A stretch of DNA of 64,000 nt from Trypanosoma brucei (Eukaryota): positions 2,368,001-2,432,000 of the forward strand of contig CM000208.1 of the NCBI GenBank assembly GCA_000002445.1, in the 5' to 3' direction. The notes under the pieces are model-generated. The model saw only the letters and a program-made list of their open reading frames with translations, had not been told where the DNA came from and made no database searches. Both the position numbers and the translations under genes were made by a program. Shown piece after piece: positions 32,449 to 44,128 of this stretch; within the stretch, counting starts at the first letter, position 1; every line of letters starts with the position of its first letter.

Positions 32449-33246
32449 ATGGTTCTTATTGAGTGCAAGCGTTTACCAAAGGATGAGTATAGTAAGGACT
32501 ATGACGTATTTCTAGTGTCCATGCCTGGAAGTACAAACATTGGTGAAGCGACGGATGCACTTCAAAAAATGCGCAACACTCGGGTGCGTATAAAATGGAT
32601 GTGTGCGGCAGCGAAGCAGCTTGCAAAAGATTTCTGCTCGGATGAGCAAAAGCACCACCTGTTGGGGGCTGTAGAGGATGCAGAGCGCTACATGGCCATT
32701 GAGCGAGCAGAAAATCGTCAGTTGTGCTCTCAGGAAGACCTAGACGCCCATATTGCAGCCTTCAAGGGAAGTGCGATGATTTTGTTCCCGGCGGAATGCA
32801 GTGGCACCGACGCCGTGAAACGGCTGGCCCTCGTTCTTGATGATGAAAACACAACTGATTTGGAGCGCTCGAAGGCGCACCGCCTTTTGAGTATCATCGA
32901 CGATGGTGCCGCTACTGAGGATATTCTCCAAGGACCAGCGGTAATGTGGTGGAGTGGTAAGCCACTTGATAGAAATGCAGATTTTACCAAGTATGTCGGA
33001 AAGAATGAAAAAACAAAAATAACGATGAAGCTGGCGGCCAAGGATGCACCTCCGCCACCACGCGAACCGGCTGTGGACGCCAAAACACAGTCAGAGATGA
33101 TGGCTTTCTACTTTAAAAAGCAGGAAGAAATGAAGAAACTCATTGAAGACGAGGACCTCACCTATGGTAACAGTGCTTGGGCGGATCCCCGTGGGCTGAG
33201 GTCACAGTTGCACGGTTTCGATGGAGTTAAGTACAAACCTGGGTAA
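32449..33246 (+). CDS. CFAP298: CFAP298 (C21orf59/Kurly/FBB18) homologue, cilia- and flagella-associated protein
   Basis: Recalled human CFAP298 matches across the protein: MVLIECKRLPKDEY...LVSMPGSTNIGE vs MVLLHVKRGDESQFLLQAPGSTELEE; exact YVGKNEKTKI; APPPPREP vs GAPAREP; AWADPRGLRSQLHGFDGVKYKPG vs PWADNTALKRHFHGVKDIKWRPR. Length is comparable (265 vs 290 aa). Confidence 0.8.
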   Translation: MVLIECKRLPKDEYSKDYDVFLVSMPGSTNIGEATDALQKMRNTRVRIKWMCAAAKQLAKDFCSDEQKHHLLGAVEDAERYMAIERAENRQLCSQEDLDAHIAAFKGSAMILFPAECSGTDAVKRLALVLDDENTTDLERSKAHRLLSIIDDGAATEDILQGPAVMWWSGKPLDRNADFTKYVGKNEKTKITMKLAAKDAPPPPREPAVDAKTQSEMMAFYFKKQEEMKKLIEDEDLTYGNSAWADPRGLRSQLHGFDGVKYKPG

Positions 33247-33861
33247 AATGTGAAGCAAGTACGTTTTTCTCCCCACGGGCACCTCGTATATTATTTCCAT
33301 TATTATTATTATTGTTCCCAATGGTCTGCTCTTTCTTTTTTTTTTTTGTCCCCTACACTGCGAGGTAGTGTGCTCGCATCTACGTATGCCTCCTCGTGAA
33401 TGCAACGAAACAACATGAGAATGAACGAGGAGAGTGATAAACTTCATGTTAGATTGTTATAGAAACTTCTCAAGTGCGTGCGTGGGGAGTACGTGTTGTA
33501 CCTTGTCTATGCGCCACTGCTGTTGCGTTTTGTTCTCAGATCCCTTATCCCAATATTTTCGCTGTTTGCACCCGCCGGTTTACATCGATGGGTCCGAGCA
33601 CTGTGTTTGTCGGTGCTCACCGCATGTGAAATACTTTCTCCTGCAGAGCGGATGCAACGCGTACTCACACGCACAGGGTTATACATATATACACATATGC
33701 ATATTTCCGTAGTGATAATAGCAAACATAAATTCTTTGACATACCCCTTTGCTTGTCCCTGGAGACCTCGATGTTCCTCAATGCACAACAATCGTACGGC
33801 TTTCACTTCTCTTACCCTTTCTTTTAAAAATACACCTAACCACCTCGTATCACTATAAAAA

Positions 33862-33884
33862 AATATATATATATATATATATAG
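33862..33884. repeat. (AT)n microsatellite upstream of RPL18
   Basis: atatatatatatatatatatat read directly. Confidence 0.9.
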
Positions 33885-33936
33885 TATATAATAAATCATA
33901 GGTTTCAACTCTTTTTCTCTTACCTTCCCGGTAATA

Positions 33937-34518
33937 ATGGGCGTAGACCTCACCGGAGTGCAGAAGAAGAAGCGGGTGGTACGCCACCACACCTACTCGA
34001 CGAACCCGTACATAAAGCTTCTCATCAAGCTGTACAAGTTCCTTGGGAAACGTACCAATTCCCCATTCAATAAGCTCATTCACAAGCGTCTGCTCAAGAG
34101 CCGTAACAACCGTGCGCCCATCTCACTCAGCCGCATTGCTGTCTGCATGAGGCGCCGCACCGTATGGCTTAAGAAGGGGAAGAAGTCACCAATTGCCGTC
34201 ATTGTTGGTGACGTGCTCGATGATGTTCGCATGACCCGCATTCCAGCCCTCCGTATCTGCGCCCTCCGCTTCTCGAAGAGCGCCCGCGAGCGCATTACTG
34301 GTGCTGGTGGCGAGTGCTTAACCTTTGATCAGCTTGCGATGATGGCACCGACGGGGAAAAACACGATGTTGCTCCGTGGCCGTAAGTCTGGACGCGAATC
34401 AGTGAAACACTTTGGCGCTGCAGGTGTTCCTGGAAGCCACGCGAAACCGCATGTGTCGTCACGTGGAAAGGAAAGGCAGCGCTCGAGCAAACGGCGTCAC
34501 GCCTTCCGTCACAAGTAG
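33937..34518 (+). CDS. RPL18: 60S ribosomal protein L18e
   Basis: MGVDLTGVQKKKRVVRHHTYSTNPYIKLLIKLYKFLGKRTNSPFNKLIHKRLLKSRNNRAPISLSRI matches eL18 (MGVDI.H...YL.LLVKLYRFLARRTNS.FN..VLKRLFMSR.NRPPLSLSRM). C-terminal basic tail. Confidence 0.9.
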   Translation: MGVDLTGVQKKKRVVRHHTYSTNPYIKLLIKLYKFLGKRTNSPFNKLIHKRLLKSRNNRAPISLSRIAVCMRRRTVWLKKGKKSPIAVIVGDVLDDVRMTRIPALRICALRFSKSARERITGAGGECLTFDQLAMMAPTGKNTMLLRGRKSGRESVKHFGAAGVPGSHAKPHVSSRGKERQRSSKRRHAFRHK

Positions 34519-35605
34519 GTGGGGAAATGAAAGAGAGTTTGATTCATCTTTTGTGTTTATTTCCTTCTTTAGTAATTGGTTTTTGACCACGTTTACACCC
34601 CAAACATTCTCTTGTTTTGTTCTGTGATGGAGGAGAGGTTGCGCTGGAGCCCTCTCCCCAGATTTGATTCACGTGAATGTGGCGCTTCTTTGCTATACTG
34701 AAAAACAAAGGTTGTGCTTCCTTTTCTTTGATTCTTTCCGTGCAGCGTTAGTTATGCCAGTGTTATTGGCGCCTTCATGTTACGGTGCGTGTTAGGCCTA
34801 TCTCAACTTTCGGAACCAAACAAGGAAGTTATGGCACCTCCTAATATTTGGTGAATAAGCGTGAACGGTCGGAAGTAACAAAGGAACAGTCCACGTAGCA
34901 AGGGACAATTTCAAACGTCGGCAACACAAAAGGGGCTGGCGGGGGGCCGTGCGTGAGGGAAATCAGGGGTTAAGACAGCGGCCGCGTTGCTGTGCTCTTT
35001 CCTGCAAATTTAGGTCGTCTCGGCTTACTCGTTCGCGAGGTCCCACCTGGGCACCAACGGAGAATTTAGTTTTTTCTTATTCCTCCAGTTGTATCATTTG
35101 TATTCAATGATGATTGGAGAGCGAAACTAACGCCGGAGGTGATCCTATTGGGCGTGATTGCGAGCTACGTGATTCTATTCGCGCTTGCTTCTGTGCTTCA
35201 CGAAGTAGGTGTCCGGCACACCAGCATTGTTCAAATGACACTCATAACTCCACTTCATTGGGTGATCGTGTGAGTTTATTACCTCGGTATGCCACTGCTG
35301 CCTTCTGGCCCCTGAAAACCTCCATTTTTTTAGCTCTTTTTTTTCGCCCTCACTGCAACTATACATTTGGTAGTAACGTGAGACTTTGGGTGCATCCCGT
35401 GTGAGAGATGGTAGTCGTGCGATTGTAGTGCTGGAGTCATTTTCTCCAGGTACCTCCATAACTCAAGGAGCACGTCTCTACCCATGTATGTTTATTGTTG
35501 CGTTATTTCGAATACCTTCTTCCCATTTGTTGTCCATGATGATCCTTAAAAAACGCTCACGTTATTTCAGAAGCCATAATAAGAGCATAGCAGTGTCAAC
35601 AGGAA

Positions 35606-38371
35606 GTGAAGTTGGAAAACGGGAAAACGCAGGCAGCGTTAGTACGTAAGGAAAAAGAGGTGGCATATACGGAGGAAGAGAGTCAGGAAAGAAAGTGCAG
35701 GTGGGAAAGAAGTGGAGGTGAGCCAATATCCGGTTGCCTTCCGTTAAAGTCCAGTATGAGCGTCTCCTTTTTTGTTCAGGAGGTGCGTTCAAACCCCGCT
35801 GTCGATGCTGAAACAGCAGCTGTGACAAGTCTCAACACGCTCTTTCATAAGTCAGGGCTGTACCTTTCTACGGCCTCCACGCAGCTTCACGTGACGCCAG
35901 AAGCGGTTTGTGTCATTGACGCCCAGGACCTCTACGCAATCGCACGATATGCCCACATTCTTGTCACCAACAGAGATGTGCAGTGTGACTTTAGTGCTCT
36001 TTCCAGTGTGTTGTGGAACCAGGTGAAGAATGTCGGTGACAGGATTGATGTGTATCTTCATTTACTGGAGAGCGCGGGTCACGCACGACAGTCAAGAGCT
36101 GCGTTGGACTTGCAGCCGTTACATCTTACGCTGCTGACCCACGCGCTCTACATTTTACGGCAAATTGAGGAGCCTCACGCAAGGCAGGAAGTACGAGATG
36201 CAGTCAGCATCGTGCAAAAGGATGTTGAAATGGTGGTGCGACTCGGAAAGAAACTTTTGCACGTCCTTGGTGACGCTTTGGACAAAAGTGGCGTTGCTGA
36301 CAACCGTTTTCTGCTAGCAGCGGAGATGGCTTTGTGCGCAGCGGAGATGTTTGCTGCTTCCATCGCGTCACGGAGTGCCATTGATGTGAGCCCTCTAATC
36401 ACTTTTTTCAATTCAGAGGCCTCGTGGCGGCTCAGTGGGATAAGTATCGAGGCGACGGGAAGTTACTGTGGTGCACTACATCGACTTATTCGTACCCTCT
36501 TCGCTAGACAAAACGACTTCGATGGTGTGGAACGCGTGACGGCGAAGCTGCTTGTGAACCGGCTGACGACGAGACCACCATTTGACTGGGAAATGTTCAA
36601 GAGAATACACCCGCCGCACAAGGGGACCGTAACACCGCAGTACATCGTCCTTTGCAACATGAGTACCGTGCAACTCTGCATTCGGAAGCTGCTGCTACAG
36701 AATCATTCCTATGTAAGTGCCTTGAAGAAAAACTGTATACGTCTCTTACAGGAAATGAGTTCTCGAAAAGAGATGCTTTCCTTCTACCAGGTCCCGCTGC
36801 TTGCCGCGCTTCAAGGAATGCCAGAGTTTGATCTCTCTGACGATGCGCAGCTGCAGCTACGAGCGGTGGAAACTCACCTAGGAAATAATGAACAGATAAT
36901 GCAACCCAACTTTCTTCGGATTCTGATGGCGTATGGATACACCGTCCCACATGAGCAACACAATCCACTAACCCGTGGGTCTGTTCTCTCTCTATTTAGG
37001 GCTGTGACTGAGCAACTTTTCCAACTCCCCATGATTCAATCTGGTAATGTGAACAAAATGACCCACACCCTTTTGCAGCCACCTGTCCCGACACTGTCGT
37101 TTATTCGCCTAGTGGTCGAGGCATCATCCAATGATGTGGAAACGGCTTCTGAGGTTCTTGCCGAGATGATGAAGGTTCTCACAACGATGTATGAGGCGAG
37201 CGTAGCGCAATGTGAGCTCTACCAAACTCCGGTGCGGGTATCCAAACCGCTGCGGCGAGTCCTTGCACTTACGATGACGTTATTGTTCGAGTTTTTTAGA
37301 TTCCCATCGTTCGTAAAGGCTGTCAACCACATCACCGCATTGGAGGCGCTTGCGAGGATCTACGCCATAGCGCGATTGTACGTAACTGCCGAAAGCAATG
37401 CAACTGAGACTGAGAGGAAAAGCGCTATGAGATTACTCGTGAGGATGGCCGCGAAACTTGTTGTGGTATCCGAAAGCATGAAGGTGCCGGAGGTGAACAC
37501 ATTTTTCGTGGATTCCCTTTTGCCACTCAGCTCGATGGAGTCGCTGACACACCGTAACCACCAACAGTATGCACTGCTTGAGGCATACCTAAGAGCATTT
37601 GCCTCCGGCGCCGTTGTGACGGTGATGGAGGAGGAAACACTGCTGAAACATTGGGTTGATGTCTCACTGCGTTGCATTACAAATCGCCTTAGTGGCGCGT
37701 TAGCCGTGGCGGGATTAACGTTTCTTTCCGCCGTTTTCCTGTCGAAACGGGCTGTCGCCCCTCTTTTTGTACCAACGTACGTGGAGTTGATGGTCCCCAC
37801 TTCGCAGCCTTCGCGTTATGGGGAGCCGCCCCTATATTTGACGCGACGCTTCGCTAAAACTGTGCGCGCGTGTTGTCAGGCGCTCGAGGGTTGCGATGAG
37901 CGTGCGCTGGAAGAAATTATCCATGATCAAAACTCATCTGTTGCCAAAGTTGTAAGGGATATGTTTGGAAACGACAAGAATCTATCGTTGCTTGAAAATA
38001 TCCGGCCTATAAGTAGTATACTTTTAGTTGTTTCATCACTGTTTGACAAAGTGTGTGCTCTCTTAGGGAATACGGCCGGACCCGCCCTTGCCACCACTCA
38101 AGACCGATTGGCCAGGTTTCAGGTATATTACTCAGCGCTAATTAACCTTCTACAGTGCCGCAGTACTGCTGTACTACATCGAGTGTGTGCTTCCGTAGAA
38201 GCCGTAATGTTGGAGCAGCTTCGTGGTGTACCAAGTGTGCAGGCACAATGGATTAAGCACATTGGAAACATTGTTGATTCACTTCAGGGAATAGGAAAGA
38301 CAGCTGTTGCAGAGTGGTTTCTCGTTCTGAGTGAGAGGACAAAGAAAATGATTCCGCACGCGAGGCTGTAA
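35606..38371 (+). CDS. Hypothetical large alpha-helical protein (about 870-920 aa); conserved start possibly Met at nt 35756 (MSVSFFVQEV...)
   Basis: Long intact ORF in the + array with predominantly helical, Leu/Ala-rich HEAT/ARM-like composition. No diagnostic motif recognised. Confidence 0.5.
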   Translation: MKLENGKTQAALVRKEKEVAYTEEESQERKCRWERSGGEPISGCLPLKSSMSVSFFVQEVRSNPAVDAETAAVTSLNTLFHKSGLYLSTASTQLHVTPEAVCVIDAQDLYAIARYAHILVTNRDVQCDFSALSSVLWNQVKNVGDRIDVYLHLLESAGHARQSRAALDLQPLHLTLLTHALYILRQIEEPHARQEVRDAVSIVQKDVEMVVRLGKKLLHVLGDALDKSGVADNRFLLAAEMALCAAEMFAASIASRSAIDVSPLITFFNSEASWRLSGISIEATGSYCGALHRLIRTLFARQNDFDGVERVTAKLLVNRLTTRPPFDWEMFKRIHPPHKGTVTPQYIVLCNMSTVQLCIRKLLLQNHSYVSALKKNCIRLLQEMSSRKEMLSFYQVPLLAALQGMPEFDLSDDAQLQLRAVETHLGNNEQIMQPNFLRILMAYGYTVPHEQHNPLTRGSVLSLFRAVTEQLFQLPMIQSGNVNKMTHTLLQPPVPTLSFIRLVVEASSNDVETASEVLAEMMKVLTTMYEASVAQCELYQTPVRVSKPLRRVLALTMTLLFEFFRFPSFVKAVNHITALEALARIYAIARLYVTAESNATETERKSAMRLLVRMAAKLVVVSESMKVPEVNTFFVDSLLPLSSMESLTHRNHQQYALLEAYLRAFASGAVVTVMEEETLLKHWVDVSLRCITNRLSGALAVAGLTFLSAVFLSKRAVAPLFVPTYVELMVPTSQPSRYGEPPLYLTRRFAKTVRACCQALEGCDERALEEIIHDQNSSVAKVVRDMFGNDKNLSLLENIRPISSILLVVSSLFDKVCALLGNTAGPALATTQDRLARFQVYYSALINLLQCRSTAVLHRVCASVEAVMLEQLRGVPSVQAQWIKHIGNIVDSLQGIGKTAVAEWFLVLSERTKKMIPHARL

Positions 38372-38456
38372 TCCTTCTTTTCGCCCCTTTTTTGGGATGA
38401 GGTGGGTGTAGATAAACAACAGCAAAAAAAAAGGAAATGTGTGGAGGGAGCCCAAG

Positions 38457-38500
38457 CTCTTTCTTTCTTTTTTTTTTTTACTTGCCTACCTTTCTTGCGT
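38457..38500 (+). promoter_or_regulatory. Polypyrimidine tract upstream of the COQ8/ABC1 kinase gene
   Basis: ctctttctttctttttttttttttacttgcctacctttcttgcg, about 400 nt upstream of the ORF and about 550 nt upstream of the conserved Met. Confidence 0.4.
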
Positions 38501-38901
38501 TGAGTGGGGTCTGGTTAATCCGTAGGGGAGCTTACGACTAATGGCAGCAGCCTGTCTGGAGCACAGATCGCCTTGTGACATGGTTGATTGAGAGTTGGGC
38601 ACCAAACTAAAAGGGAAATCTGTTTCCAAAGATGTGCAAAGCGGTGGAGAGGGAACGGACTGAGGGTTTGCGTTGGTTGAACCGTAATGCTTAAAAGGCA
38701 ATATTCTACGTAAACGAAGAGAGTTACATGAGTATTTGGACCAAAGCGCCCTCTTAGTCCTTTTTTCTTATCCGCGAATATGGCGAGGATGCGAGGATCC
38801 ACGTCCTTCACAGCGTACCTCAAAGGGGGGTTTGGGTGCATGTCTACGGTGGGAATTATAAATTCAGAAGCAATTTGTAAACGTCACATCAGCTTAAATA
38901 G

Positions 38902-40596
38902 ATGCGAGATTCAAAAAGTAAAGAGGTAGGATTACATCCCCAGCTATTTACGGTGCTGCAAACCGATCATCTTTTTTCTTATCAGTTTATTTCAGAGAGT
39001 TCGTTGTTCTTCCCGTGTCTGTGGTTAGGTGCGCCAACACTGAATGAAATGACAGTAAACGCAATTACAGGTTCTATTGGTAATGTGGCGCGTGGTGTTG
39101 CAAAGGTGGTGAGCGCTGTGACTGGAGCTAGCTGTTCAGGTGGGGTATCCTCAAATGTCAATGCTTTCGCATCGGCGGTACAGCGGAGAACTCCTACAGC
39201 CAAAAAACCATCACCATTGCCAAGGGAGCTACAGACACACCTCAATGGTTCCAACAGGGCGAAAATGAGGACCGCCGTGTATCGAACAGTACCCTCAACA
39301 CGGGCCGCCAGGGCGGCTGGGTTTGGCACCCTTTTCCTAAGGCTTGGTTGGGATAAACTTGTGGGCTCCGAGGCGGGAGATAAAATGCTCCCTGTTAACA
39401 GCCACATGCGCATTGTAGAGACCCTTTGCCGGATGCGTGGGGCGGTTATGAAACTCGGACAGATGCTCAGCATTCAAGATGATAATACGATTCCGTCCAA
39501 CATCACCAGTTTATTTGAGCGCGTGCGGGATAGTGCTTATGCCATGCCACCTAAGCAGCTAGAGCAGACGCTGGCGAAGGAGTACAACGACAAAAATTGG
39601 AGGCAGGAACTTTTCAAGGAGTTCATCACGGAGCCCATTGCGGCAGCTAGCATTGGGCAGGTGCACCGAGCTGCCGTTAGCGACCAAGACACGGGTGAAA
39701 AGGTAGCCGTAGCCGTGAAGGTACAATACCCCGGTGTGGCCCAGAGCATTGACTCGGACGTGGCGAACTTACGTATGCTTATGTCGTTGAACATTCTGCC
39801 CCCGGGAATGTTTGTCGACAACATCCTGGACGAATTGCAACAAGAATTGAAGACGGAGTGTTCCTATAGTAAAGAAGCAGAGAAGCAACTGCGGTATGCC
39901 GAATTGTTGCAGCAAAGCCCGGAGCTTAAGGAAGTTTTCGTCGTCCCGAAGGTATATAAGTCCCTTTCAACGGACCGTGTGCTTGTCACGCAGATGCTAT
40001 CGGGTGTGTCGATTGACAAACTTGCCTCGTTGGTGGGGATGCAGGACGTGAAGGATTACGTTGCACGCTCTATGTTGCACCTGACACTTACCGAACTCTT
40101 CCAATGGCGTTTCATGCAGACCGATCCCAACTATTCAAACTTCCTATTTTGTCCCCAAACAAACAAAATTGGTCTTATCGACTTCGGAGCGGCCCGTGAG
40201 TACAACCAAGAGTTTGTGAAGGATTACCTTGATGTTGTTGCCGCGGCCGCACGCCGAGACCGCCAGACAGTTATTGAAAAAAGCATTAAACTGGGGTTTC
40301 TGAAAGGTAACGAGATGAAGGAGATGCTGAACGCCCACGCGGAAAGTGTGTTGCTTTTGGGTTTGCCCTTCAACAACCGGGACGTACCATTCGATTTCTC
40401 AAAGGAGAACTTGCCTTCGCGCATTCAGGGTTACGTGCCAACGATAGTCAGATTGCGGCTTTGTCCGCCTCCTACGCCCATCTACTCACTGCACCGTAGA
40501 CTCAGCGGTGCCATTCTGCTTTCGACAAAACTGAAGGCAACTGTTCCGTCGGGTGAACTCTTTTGGAATATATACGATGAATTAACGAGCGTGTGA
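38902..40596 (+). CDS. ABC1/UbiB-family atypical kinase, COQ8/ADCK3-like (ubiquinone biosynthesis); probable start at nt 39049
   Basis: KxGQ motif (RGAVMKLGQMLSIQDD), ABC1 signature FITEPIAAASIGQVHRA and VAVKVQYPGV, catalytic-loop region QTDPNYSNFLF and DFG-like IDFGAAREY. Architecture matches COQ8/ADCK3. Confidence 0.8.
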   Translation: MRDSKSKEVGLHPQLFTVLQTDHLFSYQFISESSLFFPCLWLGAPTLNEMTVNAITGSIGNVARGVAKVVSAVTGASCSGGVSSNVNAFASAVQRRTPTAKKPSPLPRELQTHLNGSNRAKMRTAVYRTVPSTRAARAAGFGTLFLRLGWDKLVGSEAGDKMLPVNSHMRIVETLCRMRGAVMKLGQMLSIQDDNTIPSNITSLFERVRDSAYAMPPKQLEQTLAKEYNDKNWRQELFKEFITEPIAAASIGQVHRAAVSDQDTGEKVAVAVKVQYPGVAQSIDSDVANLRMLMSLNILPPGMFVDNILDELQQELKTECSYSKEAEKQLRYAELLQQSPELKEVFVVPKVYKSLSTDRVLVTQMLSGVSIDKLASLVGMQDVKDYVARSMLHLTLTELFQWRFMQTDPNYSNFLFCPQTNKIGLIDFGAAREYNQEFVKDYLDVVAAAARRDRQTVIEKSIKLGFLKGNEMKEMLNAHAESVLLLGLPFNNRDVPFDFSKENLPSRIQGYVPTIVRLRLCPPPTPIYSLHRRLSGAILLSTKLKATVPSGELFWNIYDELTSV

Positions 40597-41416
40597 TCTC
40601 CTACTCACAGGGTGTTGGGCTGCGTACACTCTTTTTTGTGGTCATCATCATTTTATTCTGGTGAGTTTTATGCTCTATGCGGCATTATATAAACACATCC
40701 ACGGGGTGCAGATATGCATTCTTCTGTTCATCCTTGTTCTTTGTGTATGCGTTTATCAATTAACAAGCAACCGTCGGTTTACACCTCTGAAAGTACGTAG
40801 AGCCCGCGTGGCTCTTTGTATTCCCTCCGTGTTACGTATAGTGCAGCTTCATCAGCGGTAACGAGAACATCACCACATCCCTTCCACCTTCTTGCTACTT
40901 CTAACGAATCTATCTTTGGAATAGTCTTGTTAGAGAAGACGTAGAGTTGCTTTTCGCATTGGTTTTAAAGGACAACAACCGTCACCTAGAAGTAGAGAGT
41001 ACGAGTTCCCCCTGCTGCGCAACCAGAGGGTTTGTCCGTCCCTTTCTTCGCAGGGTTGACATCACAATAAGGAGAGAGAAAAGACAAACGCAAAAGCGAC
41101 GTAATAGAACATTTATACACTGATTCGAGAGAAAGCTCAAAATTTAAGGGGCAAGTGAGTGTCTTCTTTGTGCGAAAACGTTTCATATTAGTGAACCATC
41201 GAGAACAAATTTCTTACGCACACAAAAAAGGGGGAATTAACGTGGTTGATACGGTGGAACCGAGGCGAGGCGACTCCACAAAACAAAAAGCGCGGCAGCA
41301 AGAACGAACAACGAAAAGGCTTATATTACGAGAAAGCTTAACTGAGTCAACGTAGCACCTGGCTGAAGGTGAAGGGGAACAGTAATAAACAAGAGGGGAA
41401 ATCGCAACAGTGAATA

Positions 41417-42766
41417 ATGCAGCATCAACTTAGAGAAGAGCAGATGCGAGCGACATTGAAACAGCTTCAGACGGATGTAAATGAATTACTTGACGATCAG
41501 GAACAATACATACGGTTTGTATACGGCAAGATTAGGGGACAGCTAGAGAGGATGCACCACATGATAGCCTCGGGCGGCGATGCCGCGACTGCACTTGGAA
41601 ATTGCTCAAGCTACCTCGGAAGCATGGACCATCTCACGCAGGCATATACTGGTTGCATGACAGATGGTCAGCGTAGTGGTGCGGCTGGGGGTTGCTCGCT
41701 TCCGGCTGCCTCCACTCCGTTAAGTGAACGTATACAAGGAATGCTGCCCCCGCTACGTAACCTCATGATGGAGGGCCTTACGCAGACAGACTGTACACAA
41801 TGGGCTGCGTTAACAACGGCCCCAGGCCACGAAGATTCACCAACGAAGTCCCCACAAAAACAATGGGGTGATGAGGGTCAGGTTTGTAGTGCTGTTAATG
41901 CTGCGGTGGACTACACATGCTTTGATCCCATCGGTAGTGTAGGTGGTGATGATGATTTGCAGCAGAGTGCAGAAGGAAGCCTACTTTCACCGTATGCATG
42001 TGGCGATGACCTCAGGCACGAGCAGCTGCATCAGGGGGATCTGATTGGTCAGGGCACCAAAGCAGACGTTATTCACATCGGCACAATCAACTCGTTATCA
42101 AATCAGCATGTCACAACAAGCGTAAGGGTGGAGTATGTAAATGGACGGCCCAAAGCTGTGTCTATCCCCGATGGGGCGCCGGAAGATCCAGAAAGGTTAG
42201 GCATTGATGTCCATTCACCGTGCAAGGTAATGGTGGAATTTAAGAGAAAGCGTGTGCTCCAGTTTGAGTCGAAGGAGTATGTTCCTCCAGGAAGTTGTGT
42301 GGTTGTTGGTGGTGACCGCGGGGAGGATATTGGCCTCGTAACGTACACTTGGTGTGAAACAACACGACCATTAAGTGGGGGAGTTGACACCTCTTGCGCC
42401 TCTGACACCACTAATGGAAGCGTAGGGAGCAAAGGAGTTGTTGTTGGTGTTGGTCTCGCTGGCAGTGCCTTCACGCGTAACATTGGCCTTGGGTCGGGAA
42501 CTGTGCTTCGTCTTGCTGATGAATCGGACGTTACGCAGTTGCACACGGTACAGGTGGAGTTGGAGCGTCGTGCGATTGATGTCTGTTCGCAACGCGTACT
42601 CGAGCGTGGGTTACCCATGACTATCGTTGATGCAGAATATCAATTTGACAAGAACAAGCTTACATTCTTCTACGAGGCACAACAACGCATGGACTTCAGG
42701 GAGTTGGTTCGCGACCTTTACAAAACCTTTCGAGCAAGAATATGGATGGAGGCAGTGGAGAACTAA
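41417..42766 (+). CDS. PSP1 C-terminal domain protein
   Basis: C-terminal ERGLPMTIVDAEYQFDKNKLTFFYEAQQRMDFRELVRDLYKTFRARIWM matches the PSP1-C consensus (...LPMKLVDAEYQFDRSKL.FYYTAE.RVDFRELVKDL...FKTRIWM). Ser/Gly/Thr-rich low-complexity N-terminal half. Confidence 0.75.
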   Translation: MQHQLREEQMRATLKQLQTDVNELLDDQEQYIRFVYGKIRGQLERMHHMIASGGDAATALGNCSSYLGSMDHLTQAYTGCMTDGQRSGAAGGCSLPAASTPLSERIQGMLPPLRNLMMEGLTQTDCTQWAALTTAPGHEDSPTKSPQKQWGDEGQVCSAVNAAVDYTCFDPIGSVGGDDDLQQSAEGSLLSPYACGDDLRHEQLHQGDLIGQGTKADVIHIGTINSLSNQHVTTSVRVEYVNGRPKAVSIPDGAPEDPERLGIDVHSPCKVMVEFKRKRVLQFESKEYVPPGSCVVVGGDRGEDIGLVTYTWCETTRPLSGGVDTSCASDTTNGSVGSKGVVVGVGLAGSAFTRNIGLGSGTVLRLADESDVTQLHTVQVELERRAIDVCSQRVLERGLPMTIVDAEYQFDKNKLTFFYEAQQRMDFRELVRDLYKTFRARIWMEAVEN

Positions 42767-44096
42767 ATTGTATCCCCTACCCATAATTCATTTTCCACTA
42801 CCTTTTTCATAAAATGTGGCGTCCTTTCACATGTAGATCCGGGGCACATTTACGTCACTTTTTTCTATTTTTTTTAAATCCGATTTCGCACATGAACTCT
42901 TTGTTAGTTCTTTGTTCCTGCTATCCGCAACCATTTTCTCCGTTTTTATGGTTGTACAACATTACTTGAACGTTTTCCTAGTGGTTTGTGGTTGTTTTGC
43001 TTTACTTTCCCCTCTGAGTGTGTGGAAATACTGTAGGCGCGGTTGGTTGCGGAGCGACTACATCATTTCCACCATAACACTTTTCTTTCCTCTCCACGGG
43101 GTTTGCTTTATTTTCTTTTTAATATCTGGACGGCGGAGCATATTAAACTCCTCTGGCTCATCACAATTGTTGCGTTCACTGACTGAATTGGATTTGAGAT
43201 CCGGGAAATCCAACATAAGAGGCGCTGAATACAATAAGATAAGGGGAGAACGAGCTGAACTGCCCTTCACTGTGTGCTCCTTTTCCACATCCCCCTCAAC
43301 ACATAACCTTCAGCCGTATACGTGATATGAAGTGAAGTGGAAGAAGAAGGAGGAAGAGGAAGAGGAAAAGGAGGGGAATTTGTACAAGGAAATAACAATG
43401 TGCGTGCGGATATGCTCGCAGAGGGGAATTTTTTTGAGTAGACGAAAGCGAAAAGAAAAGAAAAGGAAGTAGAATGCTATGAGAGATTAAAGCTCACGTG
43501 TGATGATGGTGGTGAAGGGCCCTACATGTCGTAGAATTAGTTTTGACCGAAAATGGCAACAACAGCAACAACAAGGATGGTGGATGATTACTTTTGTTGT
43601 CTGGAGAAGGAGGGGAGAGGTCGATGAGAAACAAAGAAACGAATAAACGAGTTGTTTGGGTTGATATATATATATTAAACTACATTTATCTGATTACCAA
43701 GCGAACAGGAAGGATATTTATGACTTCATGGGGAACTGCAGGTGGCGCACCGCGGAGAATGATACATCTGCTGCGCTGTGCTTATTTCATTTGGTCGCCA
43801 GTGGTGGGGCGAAAAAATGAAGCGGATAGGCGTTTAGCAAAGGAATTATACGGTGGGTGTTGGGGGTTATCGTTCCCGTACCGTGAGCTGACAATATCAT
43901 ATTAATTAATTATATATATAGTATCTTTTTATTAGTTTTGTTTCAATAGGGGGGGTTGGGGACGCAACAGCGGCACTTGACAGCAGTGCAGCTTACATGA
44001 GTGTGTTATAAGTAGTCGGAAGGTATCTCAATGACGTCCGTTGCCGTGTGCCTTCACATGGCAACACTAATATGGTTGAAGGGGAGAAGCGAAGGG

Positions 44097-44097
44097 A

Positions 44098-44128
<31 letters not shown>

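Noticed and set aside
11516-40596. AOX-like (ubiquinol oxidase fold) and COQ8 (ubiquinone biosynthesis kinase) sharing one window as a ubiquinone 'module'
   Set aside because: They are separated by more than 26 kb and a dozen unrelated genes. There is no sequence-level link, and, as above, gene order in these arrays does not imply co-function.
43594-43905. 103-aa ORF in the second long intergenic gap
   Set aside because: It has no motif and no acceptor-like tract directly upstream, and is flanked by microsatellites. It is kept only as a note inside the intergenic finding.
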